NCBI GenBank assembly: GCA_951406725.2
Contig: OX597835.1
Location: 35,526,001-35,590,000 of the forward strand
Source of the DNA: Octopus vulgaris
Lineage: Eukaryota
DNA: 64,000 bases
Reading direction: 5' to 3'
Shown piece by piece: positions 40,367-52,321 of this stretch (positions are counted from its first letter, which is position 1; each line of letters opens with the position of its first letter). Under the pieces are notes generated by a model. The model was not told where the DNA came from. It made no database searches and worked only from the letters and a program-made list of their open reading frames with translations. The position numbers and the translations under genes are program-made.

Positions 40367-41557
40367 TGTCGATGCCAATCTCACACATACGTTCACTAAT
40401 TCGCTCCATCTCTCCCTATCTCTCTGTCTGTCTGTCTCTCTTTCTTTCTGCCTGTCAGTCTTCCTGTCTCTCCGTCGATGTCTATCTCACTCATTCACTA
40501 ATTCATGTCTCACTCTCTCTCTCTCTCTCTTTCACTCCGACTCGCGTGTTCGCCACTACTATCACCACCACCACCACTATCACCACCACCATTACCATCA
40601 CCACCACCACACAACACCAACTCCACTATCACCATCATCACTCCTACCACCACCACCCCCGTCTCCACCACTTTCACCGTAACCCGCCTGATCTGATCTA
40701 ATGATAAGCTATCAGCCCGTGTCGGTAGTAATTATCACTTGAAGAAGACGCCAGCACGTGGAACCTTTTAACGTAAACGTAACGAGGGAGAGACAGAGAG
40801 AGGGGGGAGCGAGAGGGAAGGAAGGAGGAAGGGGGAGAGAGGGAGGGAGGAAGAGATTGGATTGGCTTGGTTTGGTTTGGTATGGTTTGGCGTGGAATGG
40901 TGTGGAATGGGAAGGTTTGTGTTGTTTCGGGTGGGAAACAGTGAGAGAGAGAAAGAGTGTGTGTGAGAGAGAGAGAAAGAATGGGGGAAAGAGAGAGAGA
41001 GAGAGTAAGAGTGTGTGTGTGTGTGTGTGTAGATATATATACAGACGTATACAAATATTGGCGCACGCATACACATACGTATACTTACACTAATACGCAC
41101 GCACGCGCACACACGCACATTAAACGCACAAAAACATTGTCTTATAAAATTAAATATATCCATATATCCAGACACACACAAGCACATTATCACACATACA
41201 CATACACACACACATCTATACACAGATATGCACACACACAAACACATCTATACACAGATATGCACACACACACACACACACACACATCTATACACAGATA
41301 TGCACACACACACACACACATCTATACACAGATATGCACACACACACACATTAAACGCACAAGCACATTATCACAACCAAACACACATCTATACGCAGAT
41401 ATGCATGCACACACACAAAACACACACACACACACACACTCGCATTAATAAGTTAATGTCGACCAAAAATTTACACACGCAAATGGAAATACATAGTCAC
41501 ATAGACTATTAGTGACCTCACACAACACAACACACACACACACACACAGACACACAG

Positions 41558-41591
<34 letters not shown>

Positions 41592-42093
41592 ACACATATA
41601 TATGCACGCATACATGCTGCCCCATGCACAGACGCAAATCACACACAAGCACACACATACATACTTAAAGAGGAGGAGAGAGAAAGAGAGAGCAAGGAGG
41701 AGGCGGGAGGAGGAGGAGGCGGGAGAGAGAAGGTGAAATTCGTTACTGTAAAATGGCAGTCCTACTGGTTTTCCTGACAGGGTGGGAGGGAGTTAGTGCT
41801 GCCGGCTGTTGCAAATGATACGGGCGAAGAATCTCTCTTCTGTCTTTCTTGTTTTGGTTTTGTTTTTGTTTCGTTTCGTTATCATTTACTAATGTGAATG
41901 ATGGTGAAGATGAGGTCGAGTGTGTGTGGGGGGGGGGGGTGAGGAGGGAGGGAGAGTCGATTGAAGGAAGGACGGAACGGTAAATGTGTAGGAGACGATG
42001 TGAGAGATGAGTAGAGACGATGTATGCGTGTTTGTGTTTGTGTGTGTGTGTGTGTGTGTATAGGGATTGAGAGTGGAGATGTGTGGAGCTTTA

Positions 42094-42164
<71 letters not shown>

Positions 42165-42386
42165 TATATATATATATATATGTATATATATACATATATA
42201 TGTATATATACATACATACACACAGTGGTGGGAGGAGAGGGCGGCGTGTAACTGGGAGAAGAATGGAAGCGAGATGGAAATACGCGGAGATGAGGTTGAA
42301 CGGTAAAATGGGGGTGGTGGTGCTGGTAGGAATCATACTACGACAGAGATGCAGGAGTCTTTATACACATATAGACGTCACTTCAC

Positions 42387-42453
<67 letters not shown>

Positions 42454-43154
42454 CAGGCACACGTACACACGCTCATATAATCACATACGTACGTACATTC
42501 CATAAACGCAAACACATTGTAAGCCGTTCATTCATACATTTACAACACTCCACTCGCATGCAGATAGCGAAAGTGCTGTCGTTTAGAGGCTAACAACTTG
42601 GGCGATATATTTTGGTCTTTTATGTGGGTGAAGATTTTTTTCAAAGCCATAGCTTTCAGCACAGAATTCGTTATTGAATGCCTGATCTTGGACTGATAAT
42701 ATGGGTAATATATATTTATCAAGTAGAAATTAGTTGTTATTCAATCGTTTTTATATTTATTCATTCAGTAACTCATTCATTGAATAAGTGATTTTTATTC
42801 ATTCTCGTGTGGCAGATTTTCTCATTTTAAAATCATAAACCAGAAAAACCACACGAACAATTTGCTAAACGGCTCAGGGGCCCTCGTTGTATTAGTAGTC
42901 AATAGATTCTACATCAGCTATAGCTATCATGATACAATGATCACATCGTTACATTACTGGCTTTACAAACAAAGCTGCTATGGCCGCTGTGATAATGTAA
43001 CAGTCGATGTTACGCATTACTAGCCGCCATTATAATACGAAGATAGCTCCCCCTCACACACACACATACACACACACGCAAAAGAAAACTACAACCATCA
43101 CTTCTTTACAATACTGTAACGCCATGATTGTTATTGTAAGAAGGACAATATAAA

Positions 43155-43366
43155 ATGGCAAACTGGCAGAATCGTTAGCACGCCGGACAAAATGCTTAGC
43201 GACATTTCGTCCGTCTTTACTTTCTGAGTTCAAATTCTGCCGAGGTTGACTTAACCTTCCATCGTTTCGAGGTCGATAAAATAAGTGCCAGTTGCGTACT
43301 GGGGTCGATCTAGTCAACTGGCCCCCTCCCATAAAATTTCGGGCCTTGTGCCTAGAGTAGAAAAAG
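43155..43366 (+). mobile_element. SINE family C
   Basis: Family C head and Nin-like domain; duplicated together with its flank at 43791-44035. Confidence 0.85.
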
Positions 43367-43373
43367 AATACTG

Positions 43374-43788
43374 GGATCTTTTCGGTTTGAACGGCAGTTT
43401 TTTCTAAAGGTGTCATATGAAATTGTCACCTATAATTATGACCCTAGTATCGATCTACAGCATTTCAATCTATTTTAGGGTAAGGGTCAGAGTTAGGGTT
43501 AGTTTGGGTTAGGGTGGGGTAAGAGTATTTTTTTTTTCAGAAATGTAACTAAACCCAATCTATTTCTTAAACGAGGCACATATTTATACGGCACAGAATG
43601 TTTTTCACCTCAATAGACGTCATTGATTGGTTGAAATTGCAGAAATTGAAGACAAATCAACAACAAATATCTTACAAACTATAGAATCTTCTCAATAAAG
43701 CCGAGAGAAAAAGATGTTTTATAAACACATTCTACCAGTATACGAAGTGGAAATTATTTTTAAAAACTGCGGTCAAACCGAAAAGATC
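43374..43788. mobile_element. MITE with ~28-bp TIRs and a 9-bp TSD (Mutator-like), containing TTAGGG-like repeats
   Basis: TIRs gatcttttcggtttgaacggcagttttt and aaaaactgcggtcaaaccgaaaagatc; TSD agaatactg at 43365-43373 and 43789-43797; ttagggtaagggtcagagttagggttagtttgggttaggg at ~43475-43515. Confidence 0.8.
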
Positions 43789-43835
43789 AGAATACTGTAA
43801 CGCCATGATTGTTATTGTAAGAAGGACAATATAAA

Positions 43836-44035
43836 ACGGCGAACTCGCAAAATCGTTAGCATGCCGGACAAAATACTTAGTGACATTTCGTCCGTCTTTA
43901 CTTTCTGAGTTCAAATTCTGCCAAGGTTGACTTTGCCTTTCTTTCTTTTGAAGTCGATAAAACAAGCATCCGTTGACGCCTGGGGACGATATAATCGACT
44001 TATCTCCCTTTACTTGGACTTGTGCTAAAAGATTG
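43836..44035 (+). mobile_element. SINE family C (duplicate)
   Basis: Shares the upstream flank aatactgtaacgccatgattgttattgtaagaaggacaatataaaa with the 43155 copy. Confidence 0.85.
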
Positions 44036-44427
44036 AAGACCAATTGTTAAAAAACAATTGCATCCACTATTATAAAGCTATAAGCTACGCCAAGTCTTCA
44101 ATGGATGATGCAACATTCTAGACATCAAGTGTCTCTTTATCAAAGAGCAACTGAAATGGATCGGTCATGTTGTACGCACGGAGGACACCCACTTACATAA
44201 AGTTCTCTTCACAGGCGCAGGAGTGGGTGTGTGGTAAGTAGCTTGCTTACCAATCACATGGTTCCAGGTTCAGTCCCACTGCGTGATACCTTGGGCAAGT
44301 GTCTTCCACTATAGCCTCGGGCCGAGCAAAGCCTTGTGAGTGGATTTGGTAGACAGAAACTGAAAGAAGCCCGTCGTATATATGTATATATATGTATATA
44401 TATAAATATATATATATATATATTAAT

Positions 44428-45196
44428 TTATTATATGACGGAACGCACGCATCCATTTCTAAGTAAGATTGTTCTTAATATTAATAATGATGCGCACTCT
44501 TAACCTTTCTTTCCCCCTCCCTTTCTCAGCCTTCATTCTTTTGGCTTTCCTTTTCTTCTACCTTACTGTCTCTCCCTCTCTCTTTCTCATTCTTCATTCT
44601 TTTCTCTACAACCATTCCCTTTTTTCTCTCCCTTTCTCTTACTCCTCCTCCTCCCTCCCGTCGCGGACATGTGATGAGAAGGCTACTACTGTCTTTCTTC
44701 TCCTGGCTACCTCGCCGTTCTCAAAAAATAGCGTTCGCAAAAATTTTATCCCGTTCGGCTTAACAGCCCTTCTTGTTTGTGTTACTGTTATTCTCCTTGT
44801 CCTGTATTTTACTGTTTATATTTTGTACTGTCGTTACTGTCCTGTTTTTGTTACCATTTTTACCCCTCCGCAAAAAAATCTCAAATTTTATTTAATTTGA
44901 TTTTCCCGGGAAGGATTGTTTCATTAAAGTCATGTATCACCTTGACCTTCGAAACGTGGAGTAGATGAAACAAAGGCGACTGAAGAAGGGGAATTTTCCT
45001 TGTTCTGTATGTCTTGTACTCTATTTTTCTTTGTTTAAGAAAAATCTCCATTTCCTTGGTTTTCTGTTTATGTTTTCGTTTCTCATTGTGTTCGACGTTT
45101 GGTGTCCTGTACCCATATATGCATGTATATATATATATGTAGAGGTAGGTAGTACATATATGTATGTATATATGCATATGTTTTATTTATTTATTA

Positions 45197-45200
<4 letters not shown>
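44428..45200 (+). mobile_element. Retrozyme-like element, about one unit (~770 bp)
   Basis: Same block order as the 9.8-11 kb and 36 kb copies: aacgcacgca..aagtaagattgttc, CT-rich tract, structured motif, T-rich tract, tgtcctgtac, gtaggt. Confidence 0.75.
44863..44991 (+). ncRNA. Candidate type-II-order hammerhead-like ribozyme
   Basis: CCCCT-[hairpin]-GAAGG-atTGTTTCAT...TCACCTT-ga-CCTTC-GAA-AC-gtgga-GT-A-G-ATGAAACA-AAGGCGA-CTGAAGA-AGGGG. Confidence 0.55.
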
Positions 45201-45263
<63 letters not shown>

Positions 45264-45397
45264 ATATATATATTGACCTACTCGCTTAGCCAGTGGGCTG
45301 GCGTCATTTGTGGGCTAAAACAATGCGAAGCGCATTGTGACCAGCGATGTGTAGCAACATCTGATAGCCTGGTCGGTGACGGTGACGGTGACGGTGA

Positions 45398-45446
<49 letters not shown>

Positions 45447-46232
45447 CTGTGTTTGTTACCCCACATCGCTTGAAAACCGATGCTGATGTGTTTACGTCCC
45501 CATAACTTAGCGGCTCGGAAAAAGGGGACGATAGAATAAGTACTAGGCTTCCAAAGAATAAGTCCTGGGGTCGATTTGCTCGACTAAAGGCAGTGCTCCA
45601 GGCATGGCCGCAGTCAAATGACTGAAACAAGGAAAAGAGTAACACTGTATGGTCAGTTTAGCTTTAGTGTTCGGCATGAAAGCTGCCCACCGTTCCGTTA
45701 CTAAGACACTCTAAACACCTGCTTGAAAACCTCCAAGTTAAACCCGAAGACAAAGGGAGCAGAAGCATCGAAAAGAACTCGGTGAAGAAGCTCTTGCTAC
45801 CAAGCCATCTCTGACTTCGAGGCAGCCAGAATGAACACCCTGTAGGAGAAAAAGAACCCGAGGCAAAAACGGGTCCAATTTACCCCAAAATGATGAAGAC
45901 TATAATTGCATTGTCTGCAAACGGATCTGTAAATCCCGGATACGTCTGAATTCCGAGATATATGTATATAGATATATGTATATATTTATATATATGTTTT
46001 TTGTTTTTTGTTTTTTGTTTTTTTGTTTTTTGTTTTTTGTTTTTTGTACATCTTTAAATATGAGAACTTTAATAATAGGTTTCTTTATATTCAATTGTTT
46101 ATAGGGTTTATTTTAGATTATATATTGATTATATATAGATTATATATAGATTATATATATTTATATTTTTTCATTGATAATTTTATTATTTTAAACTTAT
46201 ATTTTAATATATTGATATTTTAGATCGAAAAT

Positions 46233-46276
46233 CCACCTGACGAATGTCATTTGAAGACATGAAACGATTGTAGTGG
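46233..46276 (+). ncRNA. Minimal type-I hammerhead ribozyme with an intact core
   Basis: CCAC-CTGACGA-ATGTC-atttgaa-GACAT-GAA-AC-gatt-GT-A-GTGG; predicted GUA cleavage after 46272; lies in an AT-rich, TA-flanked segment (~45990-46370). Confidence 0.88.
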
Positions 46277-46361
46277 CGTTTTATTTATTTTATATTAAAA
46301 TTTTTATATATTGATTAAGTCTTTCCTTGTTTGTTTTGCAAAATAGTGGTTTTGTCTCGAA

Positions 46362-46403
<42 letters not shown>

Positions 46404-46454
46404 CTAGACGAAACGAAATGATCACGTTAATGGGAGATAACGTATTTCGGTATA

Positions 46455-46590
46455 CTTGCGGCTTTGGGTATATATACAACGGGATTCCGCACAGTTTCCC
46501 TCTCTCAAATTCACCGGAAAGGCATTGTTCAGCAGCCTGGACTATGGTAGAAGGCACTTGCCCGAGGTGCTGCGCAGCGGAATTGAACTC
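46455..46590 (-). mobile_element. Diverged SINE family A-related fragment
   Basis: actatggtagaaggcacttgcccgaggtgctgcgcagcggaattgaac matches the reverse-complemented head and core. Confidence 0.65.
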
Positions 46591-46993
46591 ATGAATAAGC
46601 ACGAAACAAAAAAATATGGATGGTCATAGCTGGAACCTCTTTGATCATAGAATTTACTCAATAGGCGCAGGAGTGGCTCTGTGGTAAGTAGCTTGCTAAC
46701 CAGCCACATGGTTTCGGGTTCCGTCCCACTGCGTGGCATCTTAGGCAAGTGTCTTCTGCTATAGCACCGGGCCGACCAATGCCTTGCGAGTGGATTTGGT
46801 AGACGGAAACTGAAAGAAGCCTTTCGTATAAATGTATATATATATATATATAGATCAATAAATGGTGGGGTTGTGTTGACCGCACGTGGAGAAATGATAA
46901 GTAAGGAAAAATTTTTTTAAAAATGCAGAATGCTCAAATGAAAGAAAATTTTAATAAAATGAGAAAATGATAAAATATATAAATATATATATT

Positions 46994-47034
46994 TATTCAA
47001 CCGGTTTTCGTCAATGTATGACTTGTCAAGAATA
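46994..47034 (-). ncRNA. Degenerate minimal hammerhead in the PLE 3' pLTR
   Basis: Minus strand TATTC-TTGACAA-GTCA-tacat-TGAC-GAA-A-ACCGGT-T-GAATA; the core differs from CTGACGA at two positions; the palindromic ACCGGT stem III is typical of PLE hammerheads. Confidence 0.65.
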
Positions 47035-47670
47035 TTTATGTTTTAAGAAGTTTTTTTTTAAATTAGAAAGGGGAAAAAAGAAAATTGCAATGTTTTTTGT
47101 AAAAGAATAATGATAAAAATGTACAAAAATTAAAAAATAAGTTCTCCGATACATTGTGAGTTCGTTGTGTATCTTGAGTTTTATGGTTGTTTACCAAAAA
47201 ATTACCTTGAGGTGTTAAGATCCAAAGGGATTAAGAGCATGTGATGTGTTGTGTTGTTAAATACAGCATGTTGCAGGACAGGAAGTAGTAGTAATTGTGG
47301 TCCTGGTTCTTCAGTTCCTGTGTTGTGAGTAAGGGGAGACAACTCTTTTGAGTTCTTCAATAAAACCCAAATTATAAAACTATCATTTTAGCTTCATTTG
47401 CATTATCTTTTTTATATATAATTGCTTGTTAACTTAACTTTCAGATTTTAACACTTTATTTATATTATTTTCTAATAATATAAAACTGCATAGACAATTG
47501 CATTTCAAATTGTCATATCATTTATAATAAAAATGATAGTAGTAACAACAACAATAGTGAAAATGATATTTAAAGAATATAAGTTTTAGCTTGAAGTGGT
47601 GAATGCATGGTATCTTTATATATTTGTGTTAGTCCATCCATGAAGAGTGAGGTAGAGAAAGGAAGTTTGA

Positions 47671-49770
47671 TCAACGAGGAGTTTGCATATTAAGTTGTGT
47701 TTGGAATTTTTCAATAAAGAGATTCTCCTTGTTAATTCTCTCCTGTGTGGTGATCCCGTCTTTACATTGGTAGAAGGGGAATATATAGAATTTGGGGTTT
47801 AAGTCTTTGGCACATGAGTCTAAGTGGTCACTCAGTGGAATTTGTCGGTATTCCGGGAGATTTATTTGTTCTTTATGCACCGTTACTCGTTTACGTAACG
47901 GGAGACTCGTTTGTCCCACATAATTATGTTGGCAACCAGCGCATGTGAGAACGTAGATAAGGTTCTCGGAGGAACAGGAGAAGTTAGTCTTGATTTTAAA
48001 CTTCGTACCTTGTTTGAAGGTAAATTCAGAGCCTTCAAGTAGAAAGGGGCAGGTACCACAGTTTGAGCGTGCACATTTTTTTACTGTTGGGGGTGGATGT
48101 GGTGTGTGAAGTTTGGCATTTGTCAAGAGTTTTTTTAAAGATTTGTGTTGCCTTTTGCATTTGAGGATTTTGTGTGTATTTATAATGTTTTTCATTTTTG
48201 GGTCTGTTGACAGTAGACTGAGGTTTTGTATGATTGTGGTGTATGCTTCGATATTTTTGGGGTTGTGGGTGGAAATGTATGGAAGTATTTTGAGGTTGTG
48301 TGTGGTGTTAGGTTGGGTGGTTATCAGTGTAGTGTTGTCTAGTTCTTTGGCGCGTTTTATTCCATACTCTATAAGGGTGGAGGGATATTGACGTTGTAAT
48401 AGTGTTTTTTTGAGGTCTTGAAGGCGTATTTCTCGTGTTTTTGGATCCGAGACAATGGTGCATACCCTTTTAGCTAAATTGAAAGGGATATTTGTCTTGG
48501 TGTGTTTTGGGTGGCATGAACTAAAGAGGAGGTATTGTTGTGAGTCTGTAGGTTTGTGGTAGATGTCTGTTATGATTTGGTTCTTAGGTGTTTTTATAAT
48601 TAGGAGATCAAGGAATGGGAGATGATGTTTGCTAAATTCCATAGTGAATTGGATGTTGGGATGTATGTTGTTTAGTATGGTTTTGAATTCCAGGAGTTTT
48701 TCATAAGGTTCTTTCCATATGATGAAACAATCATCTAAATACCTTTTCCAGTTTTCCATTAGGTAGGTGTGGAAAACTTGTCCAAATTTCTGGCTTGATA
48801 TTTCATAGAGTGACAGTTCGAAGTAACCCATTATGAGGTTCGCAAGGACTGGTGCAGCCTTGGTACCCATCGCAATGCCACATTTTTGACGGTAGTGTGT
48901 GTCGTCGAAGAGAAAAAAATTGTTTGTCAGAATGAACTTAAGAGATTCTGTAATAAAAGACTTGTTAATGCGGTCAGGGAATGTCTCTGGGTGTTTTTCT
49001 AGCCAGAAGTCAATTGCCTCTATACCATACTCATGTGGAATGTTGGTGTAGAGGTTGATGACATCAAAGGATACCAGGAGTGCCTCCTCGTTAACTGTTT
49101 TCGGGAGGTGTTTGAGCATGTCCAGATCATCCCTAATGAAACTTTTGATGTGGGTAAGGAAAGGTTTCAAAAGGATGTCTAGGAAGTTACTCAGGCGGTG
49201 TGTTTCACAGGAGGTACCCGCCACGATGGGCCTTAGTTTTAGGTCCTCCGGTGCTTTGATGTTGATGTGGATGTCAGTGGAGAGTTTGCAGGCTTCGGTG
49301 ATGTATTTGTTTTTATGGATTTTAGGAAGGCCATAAAAAAGGCTGGGCTTGCATTTGAAAATGGTGATATAATCCCTTTCTTTTTCTGTGAGTCCCTGGC
49401 CGTGTTGGCGTATGAGTGTGGTGAGGTTTCTGATTGTTTTTTGCTGTTTGTAGTTGTTAATAACCTCATAGAAAATGTTATTGTTAAGCATGGAGAACAC
49501 TAGGTGTTTATAAAATTCCGTGTCCATAAGGACCACAGCACTCCCTTTGTCCGCTTCTTTGATGGTGAGGTTTTTATCCAGTTGTATGTCACGTAGGTTT
49601 TCCCATTCTTCCTTACTGAAATTGGATTTTACCTTGGTTTTGCTTGGGGTAAAGGGGAGACTCTGGATATGTTTACAGAAATCGTCCAGTGTTTTATTTC
49701 TCCCTTTTGGTGGTAGGAAGTTGCTTTTATTTCTGATCAATGAGTCGTCCCCATTGTTGATATCTGTCAA
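47671..49770 (-). CDS. Penelope-like reverse transcriptase / GIY-YIG endonuclease polyprotein (N-terminus lies upstream of a frameshift)
   Basis: 699 open codons: IKEADKGS, FYGLPKIHK, LRPIVA, SFDVINLYTNIP, QKCGIAMGTKAAP, RYLDD, LPFLDL, CxxxxCxxC linker (CARSNCGTC), NLIYVLTC..YVGQT. The conserved IINLSS...LARGLKFTPTP at 49835-49925 is in another frame (shift in the C-run at ~49826-49830). Confidence 0.93.
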   Translation of the reverse strand: MTDINNGDDSLIRNKSNFLPPKGRNKTLDDFCKHIQSLPFTPSKTKVKSNFSKEEWENLRDIQLDKNLTIKEADKGSAVVLMDTEFYKHLVFSMLNNNIFYEVINNYKQQKTIRNLTTLIRQHGQGLTEKERDYITIFKCKPSLFYGLPKIHKNKYITEACKLSTDIHINIKAPEDLKLRPIVAGTSCETHRLSNFLDILLKPFLTHIKSFIRDDLDMLKHLPKTVNEEALLVSFDVINLYTNIPHEYGIEAIDFWLEKHPETFPDRINKSFITESLKFILTNNFFLFDDTHYRQKCGIAMGTKAAPVLANLIMGYFELSLYEISSQKFGQVFHTYLMENWKRYLDDCFIIWKEPYEKLLEFKTILNNIHPNIQFTMEFSKHHLPFLDLLIIKTPKNQIITDIYHKPTDSQQYLLFSSCHPKHTKTNIPFNLAKRVCTIVSDPKTREIRLQDLKKTLLQRQYPSTLIEYGIKRAKELDNTTLITTQPNTTHNLKILPYISTHNPKNIEAYTTIIQNLSLLSTDPKMKNIINTHKILKCKRQHKSLKKLLTNAKLHTPHPPPTVKKCARSNCGTCPFLLEGSEFTFKQGTKFKIKTNFSCSSENLIYVLTCAGCQHNYVGQTSLPLRKRVTVHKEQINLPEYRQIPLSDHLDSCAKDLNPKFYIFPFYQCKDGITTQERINKENLFIEKFQTQLNMQTPR

Positions 49771-50662
49771 AGCTTCTGTTAGGCGAAGTTTTCTGCAGAA
49801 TTCAGAAACGTCATCCTTGACCTCCGGGGGTTGGGTGTTCTTGGGGTGGGTGTGAATTTCAAACCTCTTGCTAGGATGTTGATTTGGGTTGGTGTCAGTG
49901 TTTTGCTGGAGAGGTTTATAATTTTTGTTTTCTTATTTTGGGTCTGTGTTAGCGGTGGTGTTTGTATTTTTCCCCTCTGTCTAAAAAATGGTTGTTGAGG
50001 TAAGGGGTGTATTCTTTGTTAAAGTTCTGGTTGTATGTGTAGGAGTGTTTTTGGGTGGGGAGGTTGGAGGGGGTAGGTAGTTGTCGTATTTGTGTTGGTA
50101 TGGGATGCGATGGTGTAAGGATTTGTGAGAAATGCGATGGGTTTGTGTGTGTGTGTCTGGTAGATTGTATGGGGGGATGTAGGGGGGTATGTAGTTGTGG
50201 TGATTGGGTTCGTGTGGGATGTGAGGGTTTGGAGATCTGTAGGAGATGTGGTAGGAATGTGGTTGTTGGATGGGTGGACTATAGGGGGTTCGTTGGGTGG
50301 GTCTTATATGTATCGGTGTGGGTAGGATGCCTTGTTTGTTATTAGTGTGAGGGAGGGGAGCCTTGAGGGGGGGATAATTTCTAGTGTATGGGAGGTTCTT
50401 GAAGGTTCTAATCGGTGGGGGAGGTGTGTTAGAGTGATTGGAAAACCAGGTTTTGTGGTGGGTCTTGTTTGAGATGTTTCGGGGGGAAAGGGTTTTTTAT
50501 ATGGTTGGGGGAGGTTGTGTCCTGTTAGGAGGGGGTTTGGAGAGTATGTGTATTTGAGGTGCGGTTTGGAATGGTGTTTATGGGGTACAGTGGAAGTCTG
50601 TGTTGTGGGTACTTTTATGAATGGGTTTTTGGATTTATGGTTTAATATGAATTGTGTTTCAA

Positions 50663-50713
<51 letters not shown>

Positions 50714-51378
50714 TTGTATGTCTGTGTTTGTATGTCTGTGTTTGTCCACCAACATCGCTTGACAACCGATGCTGGTGTGTTTACGTCCTCATCACTTAGC
50801 GGTTCGAGACCGATAGAATAAGTAAGGACTTACAAAGAATAAGTCCCGGGGTCGATTTGCTCGACTAAAGGCGGTGCTCCAGCATGGCCGCAGTCAAATG
50901 ACTGAAACAAGTAAAAGAGTAAAAGAGAGAGTAATAAGACCGAGGCCTATGGCTAAACCTTAAGCAACGTTGAGAACAACCAACGATAAGGGCGGCGGCA
51001 GCAGCAGTAGCAGCGGTAGCAGCAAAGACACCATCAGGAACAGCTCTTTCCTCACTGCACTCTGTTGTTTTCCTTGACCCCTCATCCACTACCAAGCCTG
51101 CACGCAGCCCCTCCCCTCGTTTTATTACCACATTTCGCCTTAATAGGGTAACAAATGAAATCGATATCGTGACCCCTCGAGGCGAGAAACCACCAGCACC
51201 CTATCAATTTGCAACTATACATGGTGTGTGATGTGACAATCACTCACAGGAAATGATGCTGAAGGTATTAATGGCGATGATGACGATGCTGTTTATAATA
51301 ATAATAATACTGATAATAATAATGATAATAATAATAACGATAATGATAATAATGATAATAATGATAATAATAATAATG

Positions 51379-51412
<34 letters not shown>

Positions 51413-51467
51413 TAATAATGATAATAATGATAATAATAATAATAATATAATAATAATAATAATAACG

Positions 51468-51510
<43 letters not shown>

Positions 51511-51515
51511 TAATG

Positions 51516-51547
<32 letters not shown>

Positions 51548-51601
51548 GATGATGATGATGATGATGATGATAATAATAATCGAAAAATAATAATAATAAT
51601 G

Positions 51602-51703
<102 letters not shown>

Positions 51704-51724
51704 TTAATAATAATAATAATAATG

Positions 51725-51838
<114 letters not shown>

Positions 51839-52321
51839 ATAATAATAATAAAATGTAAAACAACAAAAACAACGGTCTTTTATAATGGTAATTAAGATCT
51901 GTCCCCTTTGCTCCTTGCTAATTACAATTCGTCCGTATCAGTGGACCCTTTTTGTGTAGACAGCTTTTGCGTATTTGCATCTCCGTATGTTGATGTGTTT
52001 GTGCGCGTGTGCATGTGTGTGTGTATGTGTATGAGTGCCTACGTTTATGGGTCCTAATAAAGAAGTTACGTATTGTATGAGTGTGTTTGTGTGTGTATGT
52101 GTGTGTGTGTTTGTGTATGTGTGTGTGTTCACGGGTTTTATGTGTCTGTGGATATATCAGTGTCTGGACGTGACTGTGTGTGTGTAAGTATGTATGCATG
52201 CTAGAGTGCGTGTATATATATGTGTGTGTATGAATATTTGTATGTTGTTATGTCCATATATGGCTGTATGCACGTTGCGGCTGCGCATGTATAAGCGCGA
52301 GGTTGGTATTTTTTTTTACTT

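Larger units (their letters stand above)
44211..45642 (+). mobile_element. SINE family A split at its central (TA)n (5' half 44211-44380, 3' half 45430-45642)
   Basis: The two halves are collinear and on the same strand, separated by the retrozyme-like unit and the 45273-45397 tail fragment. Confidence 0.85.
44060..45958 (+). mobile_element. RTE-type LINE 3' fragment split by nested insertions (44060-44210 and 45645-45958)
   Basis: Left piece LDIKCLFIKEQLKWIGHVVRTEDTHLHKVLF; right piece LYGQ...KTL.HLL...YNCIVCKRICKSRIRLNS. These motifs are contiguous in RTE ORFs. Confidence 0.75.
46853..50665 (-). mobile_element. Penelope-like retroelement (Neptune-type)
   Basis: RT + GIY-YIG ORF, ~800-bp 3' region with a hammerhead remnant, (TA)n on both sides. 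Confidence 0.92.
46661..50933 (+). mobile_element. SINE family A split by the Penelope-like insertion (5' half 46661-46850, 3' half ~50666-50933)
   Basis: The 5' half ends at aagaagcctttcg(TA)n; the 3' half resumes (TA)n(TG)n tgtctgtgtttgtccaccaacatcgcttgacaaccg and runs to the tail. Confidence 0.85.

Noticed and set aside
43475-43515. TTAGGG repeats as a true telomere or fusion site
   Set aside because: Few, degenerate and internal to a TIR element.
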